Assembly: GCA_041674805.1 (NCBI GenBank)
Contig: JBAYVA010000002.1
Location: forward strand, 83,234-147,233
Direction of reading: 5' to 3'
Source: Candidatus Magasanikiibacteriota bacterium
GTDB lineage: Bacteria > Patescibacteriota > Patescibacteriia > Magasanikbacterales > UBA922
DNA: 64,000 nt
Shown here: in pieces, positions 9,825 through 19,915 of the stretch
How positions within the stretch are numbered: position 1 is the first letter of the stretch
Layout: every line of letters begins with the position of its first letter
Position numbers and translations under genes: made by a program
The notes under the pieces: model-generated
What the model was told of the DNA's origin: nothing
Database searches by the model: none
The model's input: only the letters and a program-made list of their open reading frames with translations

Positions 9825-10373
9825 TTATTTGTAAAAAATTTCCATTTTTACTCTTTTTACACCAAAATTTACAGCTTCATTTCTAGTTGGCATCCAAATA
9901 TCACCACGTCCGTAACCATATCTAGCATTCATTCTATCTCTTACTACGAAGATTTTGTCAACATAAAGATCTGGAAAACGTACTTTTGTTCCTAAAGGTA
10001 AAAAGTTAGCAGCAATTGTATTTTGTTCGCCAAACTTTTCATAGTTTTCACACAAATTATACTTATAATCTGCAGGAATACAAGGTGTGCTATCAGTTTG
10101 TCCAACATCACTTGAATAAGCTGTCATCACAGCCATTACAATTTTTCTAGGTTCAGCATCTTCAATATCAGGAAAAGAAGCTACTTCTTCCTCAGTTTCT
10201 TCTGCTTGAGCTACGTTATTTTTGAAAAAATCGCTAATTTTAGCAAAAAAGTCTCCTTTTGCTTCTACAACTTCTGGTTGTAAGGTATTAAACAAAACAG
10301 AGAAGACAACTATCAAAGATAAACTACCCTTAAAAAGGTGTTTATTTAGCTCTTTTTTTAATGTTTTTTTCAT
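9825..10373 (-). CDS. Secreted 3D-domain (RlpA/MltA-like double-psi beta-barrel) cell-wall protein
   Basis: N-terminal signal/TM. The C-terminal segment IFVVRDRMNARYGYGRGDIWMPTRNEAVNFGV resembles the 3D domain, with three conserved Asp. Confidence 0.5.
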   Translation of the reverse strand: MKKTLKKELNKHLFKGSLSLIVVFSVLFNTLQPEVVEAKGDFFAKISDFFKNNVAQAEETEEEVASFPDIEDAEPRKIVMAVMTAYSSDVGQTDSTPCIPADYKYNLCENYEKFGEQNTIAANFLPLGTKVRFPDLYVDKIFVVRDRMNARYGYGRGDIWMPTRNEAVNFGVKRVKMEIFYK

Positions 10374-10528
10374 ATTTGTGTTTGTTTTTGGCTTATTTAA
10401 GCCTTTTTTGTCAGTTAAATAAATTATAAATTAATTACGATTGTTTAATTTAACGACGGCTTATTGTACCATAAATTAGCCTTTTTGTCAATATTTTGAT
10501 AGAATAGAAATAACTAATTATTTCTTTT

Positions 10529-13363
10529 ATGCCGATACAAAAAAGGTCTTATGGTTACCTAAATAATCACAAAAAAAACAAAAATAACCCAAACTCCGAA
10601 CTAAAAAAGAAAATCAAAAAAATTATTTTATTAAGTACTTTGTTTTTATCTGTTTTCACGATACTTTTTGTGACAATTTTAACAGCTTGGATTAGTAAAG
10701 ACTTACCAGATCCAAACAAACTAACTGATAGAAAAATTGCCCAAAGTACCAAAATTTATGATAGAACAGGACAACACTTACTCTATGAAATTTTTGCTGA
10801 TGAAAAACGTACCCTTATTGAATTTGAACAACTACCAAAAGATTTGATAAATGGTGTAGTTGCTACTGAAGATACCAAATTTTATGAACACAGTGGTATT
10901 AGACCTTTATCTATCTTTCGTTCTATCATTGCAGGTATTTTTACCAAACAACGCATTGGCAGTGGTGCCTCTACTCTTACTCAACAACTAGTCAAAAATG
11001 CTATTTTAACTAATGAAAGATCTGTCTTACGTAAAATAAAAGAAGCAGTCATGACAATAAGATTGGAACAAAAATATACCAAAGAACAAATATTAAAAAT
11101 TTATTTCAATGAAATACCTTATGGCTCTACCAATTACGGTGTAGAATCAGCTGCCCAAAGTTATTTTGGTAAAAAAACTAGTGAATTAACACTGGCTGAA
11201 TCAGCTACTTTGGCAGGTATTCCCAAAGCCCCTTCCAAATATATAAATGACAATGAAGCTTTGAAACAAAGACGTGATTTCGTTTTACGCAGAATGTACG
11301 AAGAAGGATATATTACCGAAGAACAAAAAAATCAAGCTCAAGCTGAAGAACTAAAAATTAAAAAAACTTTTCATAAGATGGAAGCCCCTCATTTTGTTGA
11401 ATATGTACACGAGCAGTTGGCTGCCAAATATGGAGAAACAACTCTTGATACAGAAGGTCTAAAAGTCATAACTACTCTTGACTGGGACAAACAACAAATT
11501 GCTGAAAAAATAATGGAAGAAGAATCTGAACAAATATTAAAAGATGCTGGCGCCAACAACACATCTTTGGTAGCAATTGATCCCAAAACAGGACAACTGT
11601 TGGCTATGTTAGGTTCTCGTAATTATTATGATGACACTATAAAAGGTCAATTCAATGTAGCAACTTTGGGAACAAGACAGCCAGGTTCTTCTTTTAAACC
11701 TATTATTTATGCTGCCGCTTTTGAAAAAGGCTATACTCCCGATACTATTTTATTTGATACATTAACAAATTTTGCTGTTTCAGGACAACCTTATATTCCC
11801 AAAAATTATGATTTGAAAGAAAGAGGTCCTGTCACTATCAGACAAGCTCTGCAAGGATCTTTAAATATACCAGCTGTTAAAGCAATGTATCTTGTCGGTG
11901 AAAAAAATGCTGAAACATTCTCCAAAAAACTTGGTTACACTACTATTAAAGATGGACAAGCTGGTCTATCATTAGTCTTGGGTGGTGGAGCTGTAAAACT
12001 ATTGGAGCATACTAATACTTTTGCCACCTTTGCTAACAAAGGTTACAAAAATGAAATAGTTACTATTTTGAAAGTAGAAGATGCCAATGGCAAAATATTG
12101 GAAGAATGGAAAAACAAAAAAGGAGAAAAAGTAATAGAAGAAGATACCGCCAATAATATTTCTAATATTTTGAGTGATGACGCTGCTCGTGCTTATATGT
12201 TTGGGGCTGGAGGAATTTTGACTTTACCTGGTAGACCAGTAGCTGCCAAAACAGGTACTACCAACAACTACGTAGATTCTTGGACTATGGGCTATACACC
12301 TTCTTTGGCTACAGGTGTCTGGGCAGGAAACACTAATAATTCACCAATGAAAGCTGGTTATGGTGGTAGTATGGTAGCTGCCAAAATTTGGAACAGTTTT
12401 ATGAAACAGGCTTTACAAAACACTGCTGTAGAAAATTTTCCACCACTACCAAAAAATACAGCTGAAAAACCTGTGCTAAAAGGATCAGAAGGAGGAAAAG
12501 TTACTTTAAAAATAGACAAAGCCACAGGAAAATTAGCTTCTACTTCTACACCTGAATATTTGATTGAAGAAAAAACATATATACAAGCTCATTCCATATT
12601 ACATTATGTAAAAAAAGATGATCCACGCGGTGAAGCTCCAGAAAATCCTAGTGACGATCCACAATATCTTGGTTGGGAAAAAGGCATAGAAGATTGGATA
12701 AATAAAAATAAAGAAGCCAATCCTGAATGGAATTTTAGTTTTGAAGAACCACCAACAGAATATGATGATGCCCATAGTTTGGAATTATTACCAAGTATTG
12801 AAATTGTATATCCTGCAAATGACGGAAAAATAAATACCCGACAATTGGATACAGATATTCGTGTTAGTGCACCAAGAGGTATTGCCAAAGTAACTTATCA
12901 ATTAGATGGCGTTTATGTTGGTGTTGTAAATTTACATCCTTTCAATCTTCACTATTACATGGAAGAACAAGATTCTGGGGAACATACTCTAAAAATAACA
13001 GCTGAAGATGATATAGGAAACCGCATGGAAAAAGAAATAAAATTTATTTTGGAAACTTCCGAAGTAAAAGCTACTGTAACATTTTTAGAAAATTATAATA
13101 TCATTAAAAAAGAAAATTTTCCAAAAACAATTACTTTGAAACCTATCAAATTAAATGAAATAAAAAGTGTATCATTATATTATGAAAATAATGGACAAAA
13201 AAATTTGATAGAAACTATAAACACTTTTGATAATTTAATTAATAATCAAATATTTATTAGTTGGAAAAGTTCCCCACAAATTGGTAAATACAAATTATTA
13301 GCAGAAACAATTGATAATAATAATGAAAAATCAATTTCAACATTAGAAATAGAAATACAATAA
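10529..13363 (+). CDS. mrcA: Bifunctional class A penicillin-binding protein 1A (glycosyltransferase plus transpeptidase) with a long C-terminal extension
   Basis: GT51 motifs EDTKFYEHSGI and RIGSGASTLTQQ. Transpeptidase motifs SSFKP, SLN and KTGTT. N-terminal TM anchor. 944 aa. Confidence 0.85.
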   Translation: MPIQKRSYGYLNNHKKNKNNPNSELKKKIKKIILLSTLFLSVFTILFVTILTAWISKDLPDPNKLTDRKIAQSTKIYDRTGQHLLYEIFADEKRTLIEFEQLPKDLINGVVATEDTKFYEHSGIRPLSIFRSIIAGIFTKQRIGSGASTLTQQLVKNAILTNERSVLRKIKEAVMTIRLEQKYTKEQILKIYFNEIPYGSTNYGVESAAQSYFGKKTSELTLAESATLAGIPKAPSKYINDNEALKQRRDFVLRRMYEEGYITEEQKNQAQAEELKIKKTFHKMEAPHFVEYVHEQLAAKYGETTLDTEGLKVITTLDWDKQQIAEKIMEEESEQILKDAGANNTSLVAIDPKTGQLLAMLGSRNYYDDTIKGQFNVATLGTRQPGSSFKPIIYAAAFEKGYTPDTILFDTLTNFAVSGQPYIPKNYDLKERGPVTIRQALQGSLNIPAVKAMYLVGEKNAETFSKKLGYTTIKDGQAGLSLVLGGGAVKLLEHTNTFATFANKGYKNEIVTILKVEDANGKILEEWKNKKGEKVIEEDTANNISNILSDDAARAYMFGAGGILTLPGRPVAAKTGTTNNYVDSWTMGYTPSLATGVWAGNTNNSPMKAGYGGSMVAAKIWNSFMKQALQNTAVENFPPLPKNTAEKPVLKGSEGGKVTLKIDKATGKLASTSTPEYLIEEKTYIQAHSILHYVKKDDPRGEAPENPSDDPQYLGWEKGIEDWINKNKEANPEWNFSFEEPPTEYDDAHSLELLPSIEIVYPANDGKINTRQLDTDIRVSAPRGIAKVTYQLDGVYVGVVNLHPFNLHYYMEEQDSGEHTLKITAEDDIGNRMEKEIKFILETSEVKATVTFLENYNIIKKENFPKTITLKPIKLNEIKSVSLYYENNGQKNLIETINTFDNLINNQIFISWKSSPQIGKYKLLAETIDNNNEKSISTLEIEIQ

Positions 13364-13371
13364 AAAAATAA

Positions 13372-13395
13372 AATCACCTTTTAGGTGATTTTTTT
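13372..13395 (+). terminator. Intrinsic terminator after PBP1A
   Basis: AATCACC-TTTTA-GGTGATT followed by a T-run. Confidence 0.6.
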
Positions 13396-13468
13396 GTAGA
13401 AAAAATTATTTAGAATTTTAAAAACCAATAAATAATTAATTAAAATGAACAATAATAAAATAGTTTTA

Positions 13469-13909
13469 TTAGAATATAAGTTTGTAAGTAAAACCTTCAT
13501 TCCATTGAGGGTTATTCCATTTCATAAAACCTACTTTTTCACACAGTTTTTGCATAGGATAGTTTTCAAAAGATGTTTCAGTAACAATCCCTATAGCTCC
13601 TCTATTTTTTGAATGTTCAATACATTTATCAATCAAACATTGTCCCATTCCAAATTTTTGAAACATTGAATCAACTAGTATCTCGCGAATAAAAAAGAAA
13701 TTATCTTCCCACCAATCTCTATCAATAGAACAAAAAGCCACAAATTTATCATTTTTTTTAGCCAATAAATATAAACTATCTTTTAGAACAAAATTTTTCT
13801 TGAGTAATTTAATTGTGCTTTTATCAAATATATAATTAAAAGATTTTTTACCCTCTAAAAGTTCAATTTCTTTTTCATTCTTTATTTCAGAAATAATAAT
13901 ATCATCCAT
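13469..13909 (-). CDS. GNAT-family N-acetyltransferase
   Basis: 146 aa with a central acetyl-CoA-binding-like core (IREILVDSMFQKFGMGQCLIDKCIEHSK). Confidence 0.5.
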   Translation of the reverse strand: MDDIIISEIKNEKEIELLEGKKSFNYIFDKSTIKLLKKNFVLKDSLYLLAKKNDKFVAFCSIDRDWWEDNFFFIREILVDSMFQKFGMGQCLIDKCIEHSKNRGAIGIVTETSFENYPMQKLCEKVGFMKWNNPQWNEGFTYKLIF

Positions 13910-14122
13910 AAAATAAAAATAATTTTATTTAATTTTCAAATATAATATTGAATTTTAGATGATGTAATCTTTTTTATTACTTTGGAAAATAATTTTTTCT
14001 AGTTTTTAGCAAATTGAATTTAATTACAAGATAATTAATCATTTCAAATCTAAAAAAAATATCAACTAAATTATTATAAACAAAACAAAAAACAAATTAA
14101 TAATTTTATTTTATAAATAAAA

Positions 14123-15250
14123 TTATTTTTTAATAGGCATAACGATATACAAGTAATTGTCTTTTTCTTTTGGTCTAAAAATACAAGGAGCATCAGCACT
14201 ATTTACACCAAATTCAATGTTTTCACCTTCCATGTGTGCTAAACCATCCAACACATAGCTGTGGTTTAATAAAATGGAATTTTCTTCACCAATTACTTCA
14301 GCATCAACTTCAGAAGTATGTTCTCCAGCTTGAGTACTGGAAGAAGAAACTCCTACATTTTTTTTGCTTGGACTAAGCTCAAAAGAAACAGCATTGATAC
14401 CACCTGACGTAAACAAACTCGCTGCTTTGATTTTGTTGACCATAACACTTAGCGGAAAAGCAGCTGTTGTTTTAAAATTGTTTGGAATAATTTGTGTATA
14501 ATCTGGATAACGGCCTTCAATCAAACGACTAGTCATTTCAAAATTTCCATAACGAATAGCTATTTGATTATCACTTACCCAAACACGAACAATATCTTCA
14601 CCGCCATGACTTTTGGCAATTGTCAAAAGACGATTTATTTCATAAGCTACGCGTGCTGGTACAATACAGTGCACATTTTGAATTTCACCTTGTTTAATTT
14701 TTATTTTAGCTTCTGCCAAACGATAAGAATCTGTTGCTGCTAATACTAATCCATCATATTTTTCTGAAAAAAATGAAAAATAAATACCTGAAAATTCTGG
14801 TCTTACTTCGTTTTTGGAAACAGCTATAATAACTTTGCCAATAGCTTCTTTCAAATCATCAACTTGAACAACATAAGAATTTTTTTCTTCCACTTCTGGT
14901 AAAATTGGATAATCTTCATCTGTTGATCCTTTGATTTTAGTGCTAGAATTACCTGAAGTTATGATTAATTCATTGCCTTTTTGGTCTATTTCTACTTGTT
15001 CGCTTGTCAATAACTTAACATAATCTGCCAAAGTTTTTGCTGGAACTGTAAAATTTCCAGTAGTTTCTACTTTGGCTCTAATTTGTGTTTTTACTGCAAT
15101 TTCTAAGTTAGTACTGCTAATTTCAATACCTGAATCATTGGCTTTGATAAGTACGTTACTCAAAATTGGTAAGTTTGTATGTTTACTAGCTAAGGAACTC
15201 ACAAGACTCAAGGAATATTCTAAGTTTTCTTTTGTACATGTGAATTTCAT
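14123..15250 (-). CDS. dnaN: DNA polymerase III beta sliding clamp
   Basis: 375 aa. N-terminus MKFTCTKENL...LPILSNVLIKA is typical of DnaN, and the gene is immediately downstream of dnaA. Confidence 0.85.
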   Translation of the reverse strand: MKFTCTKENLEYSLSLVSSLASKHTNLPILSNVLIKANDSGIEISSTNLEIAVKTQIRAKVETTGNFTVPAKTLADYVKLLTSEQVEIDQKGNELIITSGNSSTKIKGSTDEDYPILPEVEEKNSYVVQVDDLKEAIGKVIIAVSKNEVRPEFSGIYFSFFSEKYDGLVLAATDSYRLAEAKIKIKQGEIQNVHCIVPARVAYEINRLLTIAKSHGGEDIVRVWVSDNQIAIRYGNFEMTSRLIEGRYPDYTQIIPNNFKTTAAFPLSVMVNKIKAASLFTSGGINAVSFELSPSKKNVGVSSSSTQAGEHTSEVDAEVIGEENSILLNHSYVLDGLAHMEGENIEFGVNSADAPCIFRPKEKDNYLYIVMPIKK

Positions 15251-15764
15251 ATGTTTGTTGTTTTATTAGTATATATATATTTATATAACTAGTAATATAT
15301 AATAAGGCCTGTGTGTAAAGTGCGAAAGTCGTTTTTTTGTTTTGGTTGACTTATTTTTTTGTGTGGACTTCTGCGCTTAAACTGTGTTTTTAAATGTGGT
15401 ATTTCTGGTGATAACTTTTTTTTAATTTTTTTCCTGTTGATGAACTGTTGATTTGTGGATAGATTATGAACAGTCTTTTTTTAGTTATCAACTTTTTTGT
15501 TATCGAGAATTTTTTTTGTGAATTGTTTGTTATTAACTTTTTTTAAATATTATTTTTAAAGGAATAATTTTTATTAGTTTTTGTTTGTCTTGTCAGAACT
15601 CTTAGTTTGGAGTTGATAGAATGAATCTAATAAAAATATAATTTTTTGTTTGCTAATAAAACTTCTCTGTTTTTTTGTTGAGAAATTTTTCAAAAATTAT
15701 AATGATTTACAATTTTTGAAAAATCCCTCATCTTTTTTTTAAAAAGATTTTTGGGATTATTTTT
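15251..15764. promoter_or_regulatory. dnaA-dnaN intergenic region, oriC part: DnaA-box-like sites plus an AT-rich unwinding element
   Basis: TGTGGATAG at 15454-15462 and TGTGGACTT near 15362. An extremely AT-rich tract runs 15530-15600. No ORFs. Confidence 0.5.
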
Positions 15765-17150
15765 TTAAACAGCGTTGGAATATAATCTTTGTTTTATCAT
15801 TTCCAAATCTTGTTTGAGCTTTAAGTCGTTGTCTATACTTTGTAATATTTTACTGTGTGCATGCATAGCTGTAGTATGATCTCTACCACCTAGTTCATCA
15901 CCTATATTTGGATAAGAAAGTTTCAACTCTTCTCTTAGCAAATACATGATAATTTGACGTGGAAAAGCTAATTTTTTTTCACGACTTTTGCCGAGTACAT
16001 CATCGATAGAGATATCAAAATAACCAGCTACGACATTTATTATTTCACGAGGAGTTAAAGAACGTTTCATACTTTGTTCTTCAAAACTAGATAATACTTG
16101 TTTAATAGTTTCTTCAGTTGCTTCAATATTTTTTAGTTCGTGATAAGCAATAATTTTGTTGAGAGCGCCTTCTAATTCACGAATATTATTTTTAACATTT
16201 GTCGCAATAAATTGGATAAGTTTTCCTTCAATTTTGAAATCTTTTTCCTGAGCTTTTCTTTGTAGAATAGCTAAACGAGTTTCTAAGTCAGGAGGAGAAA
16301 TATCAGCAATCATACCCCATTCAAATCTACTGCGTAAGCGATCTTCTAAAGCAGGTATGGCTTTTGGTGGTCTATCACTTGTTAAAACAACTTGTTTACC
16401 TTGTTGGTGTAATTCGTTGAAAGTGTGAAAAAATTCTTCTTGTGTTTGTTCTTTGCCACCAATAAATTGAATATCATCAATCAAAAGTAAATCAACATTT
16501 CTATATCTATCTTTGAATTCTTTGGCTCTACCTTCTTTTACAGAAGAAACAAATTCATTGGTAAATTTTTCAGAACTAACGTATAAAATTTTTGTTTGAG
16601 GATTGGCCTCAAGCATAGTATGGCCAATCGCTTGTATAAGATGAGTTTTTCCCAAACCTACTCCTCCATAAATGAATAAAGGGTTGTAAGAATCTCCAGG
16701 ACGACGAGCTACGGCTTGAGCTGCAGCATGAGCAAGTTCATTACCTTTACCTACGACAAAAGTATCAAAAGTATATTTTGGATTCAAACCAAATTGCTGA
16801 ACCAAAGTATTTTTTCTTTGGTTATTGTATAAAGGGTTTGTAATAGTAGAAATTTGTGGTAACTTCTCTGACATTTTACATTCAGATTCTTTGATATTTT
16901 TTATATTTTCTACTATATAATCTACTTTTTTGATAGGTTTGCCTGTCACTCTTTCTAAGATCTTGATTATTTGAGAGTGATGCTTCTTTTCTAACCAACT
17001 CTTTGTAAAGGAGTTAGGAACACAAATATTCACTAATCCTTCTTCATAATTTGCTATTCCTGTGTTTTTGAACCATGTCGTAAATTGAGCTTTGGATAAA
17101 CTTAGCTCAAATTCGGCCAAAACAGCTTGCCAGATTTCGTGAGTGGTCAT
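15765..17150 (-). CDS. dnaA: Chromosomal replication initiator protein DnaA
   Basis: 461 aa. Walker A GGVGLGKTHL, sensor and box VII motifs, and the C-terminal DNA-binding helix (LSYPNIGDELGGRDHTTAMHA). Confidence 0.9.
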   Translation of the reverse strand: MTTHEIWQAVLAEFELSLSKAQFTTWFKNTGIANYEEGLVNICVPNSFTKSWLEKKHHSQIIKILERVTGKPIKKVDYIVENIKNIKESECKMSEKLPQISTITNPLYNNQRKNTLVQQFGLNPKYTFDTFVVGKGNELAHAAAQAVARRPGDSYNPLFIYGGVGLGKTHLIQAIGHTMLEANPQTKILYVSSEKFTNEFVSSVKEGRAKEFKDRYRNVDLLLIDDIQFIGGKEQTQEEFFHTFNELHQQGKQVVLTSDRPPKAIPALEDRLRSRFEWGMIADISPPDLETRLAILQRKAQEKDFKIEGKLIQFIATNVKNNIRELEGALNKIIAYHELKNIEATEETIKQVLSSFEEQSMKRSLTPREIINVVAGYFDISIDDVLGKSREKKLAFPRQIIMYLLREELKLSYPNIGDELGGRDHTTAMHAHSKILQSIDNDLKLKQDLEMIKQRLYSNAV

Positions 17151-17733
17151 AGATAAAGTCTTTATTTTTATGTTTTTTCATTTTATCACAGTTTGCTAAT
17201 TTAAAAAATCCTCTAAATTAAGCTAAAAGTGCATAAAGTTGTGGACAACTTGTGGATTCTGTGGATAATTTGGCTAAAATACTTTATATTTTTTATTAAA
17301 AAATTATGAACAGTTTGGAGATTTTTACTTTTTTTATTTTAGAAAAATAGATTTTTTGTTAATAGCGTTTTTTTGCTAATTTTAGTAAAAAATGAATAAA
17401 AATAGTTGATTGCTTTATTATAATAACACATCCTTCACTCGTAGCAAAAACAAAGGTCAGAAATGTTTTTTTACCAATGTTTTTGTCTAAAGGTGGATAA
17501 TTACTACGAAATAATACAATTTATACCCTATTTTTGATTTTATTAGGATTTGTAGATTCATTAATTTTGATTAATGTGGTCAATTTATTAGATTTTTGTG
17601 TTTTTTGAAGTTGAAAATTTTTTTTATGTAAGTTAGTTTTTCTTATTATTGTCTAAGTTTTTATCAATACTTGACAAAACTTTAAATTTTTTGTATTATT
17701 TAGCTACATTATTTAGTTTTGAACTTATAAGTT
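17151..17733. promoter_or_regulatory. oriC / dnaA upstream region with clustered DnaA boxes
   Basis: TGTGGACAA at 17240-17248, TGTGGATTC at 17251-17259, a perfect TGTGGATAA at 17260-17268 and GGTGGATAA at 17492-17500. The region is flanked by divergent rpmH and dnaA. Confidence 0.7.
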
Positions 17734-17913
17734 ATGGCAACAAAAAGAACATATCAGCCAAAAAAACGTAAAAGAGCAAAGACCCATGGTTTTCTAGAAA
17801 GAATGAAAACAAAAGATGGTCGTAAAGTTCTTAAGGCACGTCGTGATAAAGGCAGAAAAAAACTTACAGTAAGTGAAGAAAGAACAGGTAAAAGAACAAG
17901 AAAAACACGTTAA
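17734..17913 (+). CDS. rpmH: Ribosomal protein L34, with a C-terminal extension. It is missing from the ORF track because it is under 60 aa.
   Basis: Translation is [59 protein letters not shown]. The L34 core TYQPKKRKR...HGF...G..VL.RR is conserved and rnpA follows directly. Confidence 0.85.
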   Translation: MATKRTYQPKKRKRAKTHGFLERMKTKDGRKVLKARRDKGRKKLTVSEERTGKRTRKTR

Positions 17914-17978
17914 TTTGTCTGTTTTTAATCTAATAACCATTACTACCTCGTTTTTACGAGGTTTTTGTGTTATAATAT

Positions 17979-18362
17979 TTGTATATGTTAGCCAAAGAAT
18001 TTAGATTAAGAGGTAAAAAAGAATGGGAAGTTTTGTTTGCAGAAGGTAACTTTGCTTCGGCAAATTTTTTGACGGTCAAATTTTGGAAGATAGAAGTAAA
18101 TAAATTTCCTCGTAGAAAGTTTCAAGTATCAGATCTTAAGATAGGCTTTAGTGTTGGTTTAAAAATAAGTAAAAGTGCTGTAAAACGTAATAGTGTTAAA
18201 AGAAAAATGAGTGAAGTTGTGAGATTGTTATTAAAAGACAATAAAATTAAATCAGGTTATTTGATTGGATTCTTGGCTAAAAATAATATTTTAGATGTTG
18301 ATTACTCACAAATAGAAGCAGATATTATTAATTGTCTGAAAAAATCTAAACTATTAATCTAA
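17979..18362 (+). CDS. rnpA: RNase P protein component
   Basis: 127 aa basic protein directly downstream of rpmH, with an RnpA-like fold (KEFRLR...FSVGLKISKSAVKRNSVKR). Confidence 0.75.
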   Translation: MYMLAKEFRLRGKKEWEVLFAEGNFASANFLTVKFWKIEVNKFPRRKFQVSDLKIGFSVGLKISKSAVKRNSVKRKMSEVVRLLLKDNKIKSGYLIGFLAKNNILDVDYSQIEADIINCLKKSKLLI

Positions 18363-18385
18363 AAATTTAGCTTAAAATAGATAAA

Positions 18386-18414
18386 AAATGAACTTACAAA
18401 GTTCATTTTTTTTG
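18386..18414 (+). terminator. Intrinsic terminator after rnpA
   Basis: ATGAAC-TTACAAA-GTTCAT followed by TTTTTTT. Confidence 0.65.
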
Positions 18415-18883
18415 TATTTGTTTGTTTCTTTTGAAAATATTCAAATTTTTTATAAATTTACGAAAAGTTTTGTTTTTTATTTTATTTTTTTATGAGAGAT
18501 AATTAATTTGTATTTGTTAATGTTACTTTTTGTCTTTAATTAGCCAAATATATTTATAGTTTTTTTGTTTTATTTTTTAGTAATTATAATTTTGTTATTT
18601 TTTGCTAAAAATTTGTCATAATTTGTTTTTTAAGAAAAAAATTTTGTAAAAAATTATATTATTTTTTATAGGAACTTAAAAATTTTGTTGTTAATTCAAA
18701 AAAATGGCTAAAATTAGCACAGTTTAAAAAGTAAAAATAATTTTATTTTTACATATTGTTTTAATTTGTTTTTTTTGTTACAGTTAGTTTAAAGTTAGAC
18801 ATATATATTTTGAAAAATATTTTACTAATTTTTAATAAAATATTGTCAAAATTTTACTTTTTATAATTCATAATTTTGGCTTT

Positions 18884-19141
18884 ATGAAGCACAAAATAAC
18901 ATATTTACCACGTATTCCAATTTTGTTTTTGATAAGTCTTTATCAAAAGACATTATCCCCTGATCATGGCTGGTTCAAGAAGTATCATCCTAATGGTTAT
19001 TGTCGTTTTTATCCTACTTGTAGTCAGTATGGTTATGAGGTGATAAAGAAAAAAGGTTTGATCAGAGGTATTCCTCAAACTGCTTGGCGTATTATGCGTT
19101 GCAACCCTTGGTCTAAGGGGGGTGTTGACTTGCCGAAGTAG
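18884..19141 (+). CDS. yidD: Membrane protein insertion efficiency factor YidD
   Basis: 85 aa containing the CRFYPTCSQYG...RCNPWSKGGVD hallmark. Confidence 0.85.
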   Translation: MKHKITYLPRIPILFLISLYQKTLSPDHGWFKKYHPNGYCRFYPTCSQYGYEVIKKKGLIRGIPQTAWRIMRCNPWSKGGVDLPK

Positions 19142-19183
19142 TTTTGTGTTATAATATAGTTATAATTTTTAATTTAAAATAAT

Positions 19184-19543
19184 ATGAATATGGAATCTGG
19201 AGCTAGAAGGAATAGTGATTTTAAATTTTCTAGAGAAGGTAGAAAAGATGATGAGGATCCTTTGGCTGAAATTTTACCTAAAGAAGATAAAACCACAGAT
19301 GTCTTTTTAGCAGGTATGAGCCCTGAGGAATCATCTTTTTTTAGAAATTCACAAATTAAGCAAGCTCATGAGGATGTCTATAAAGCCGCAGCTGTATCAG
19401 AAACAAACCCTAGTGATTCTTTTAACGAACAAGAAACAGAATGGTTTGCACAAGGTGAAAGGCAAGATTTTCAAGAAAAAGATATACCAAGAAAAGAGAA
19501 TCTTGTAAAAAGATTGTTTAAGAGAATGTTTGGTAGTAAATAA
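19184..19543 (+). CDS. Hypothetical acidic protein (119 aa)
   Basis: ORF with a terminator directly downstream (19553-19579). No recognisable motif. Confidence 0.35.
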   Translation: MNMESGARRNSDFKFSREGRKDDEDPLAEILPKEDKTTDVFLAGMSPEESSFFRNSQIKQAHEDVYKAAAVSETNPSDSFNEQETEWFAQGERQDFQEKDIPRKENLVKRLFKRMFGSK

Positions 19544-19592
19544 AAATAATTTAGCAGCCTTTATCTGAGGCTGCTTTTGATAAAATATAATT

Positions 19593-19814
19593 ATGCTTCT
19601 AAACATCAAAGTAATACCAAAATCATCTTTAAACAAGGTTATAAGGCTTTCTGAGAATGAATTGAAGGTGAAGTTGACTTCCCCACCTGTTGATGGCGAA
19701 GCAAATAAAAAATTGATAGAAATACTTAGTAAAGAATTTAATGTTGCTAAATCAAAGATTAGAATTGTGAAAGGTGAGACTGGAAAAAATAAGGTAGTTG
19801 ATATTGAATTTTAA
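19593..19814 (+). CDS. DUF167 / YggU-family (UPF0235) small protein
   Basis: 73 aa with the typical LKVKLTSPPVDGEANKKLIEILSKEFNVAKSKIRIVKGETGKNKVV pattern. Confidence 0.7.
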   Translation: MLLNIKVIPKSSLNKVIRLSENELKVKLTSPPVDGEANKKLIEILSKEFNVAKSKIRIVKGETGKNKVVDIEF

Positions 19815-19871
19815 ATTTAGCAATTTTAAATTTTAAATGGTGTCATTTCAAAATTTTAAAATTTCTAAATT

Positions 19872-19903
19872 AAAAACGTCCTTAGTGATAAGGACGTTTT
19901 TGT
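19872..19903. terminator. Bidirectional terminator between yggU and tig
   Basis: AACGTCCTTA-GTGA-TAAGGACGTT flanked by A and T runs. Confidence 0.65.
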
Positions 19904-19915
19904 TTATCTAAATTT

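Noticed and set aside
18415-18883. A 470-bp ORF-free AT-rich spacer after rnpA, examined for an ncRNA gene.
   Set aside because: It has no tRNA-like or conserved RNA motifs, and its composition is pure A/T runs. It is most likely an intergenic spacer or promoter for yidD.
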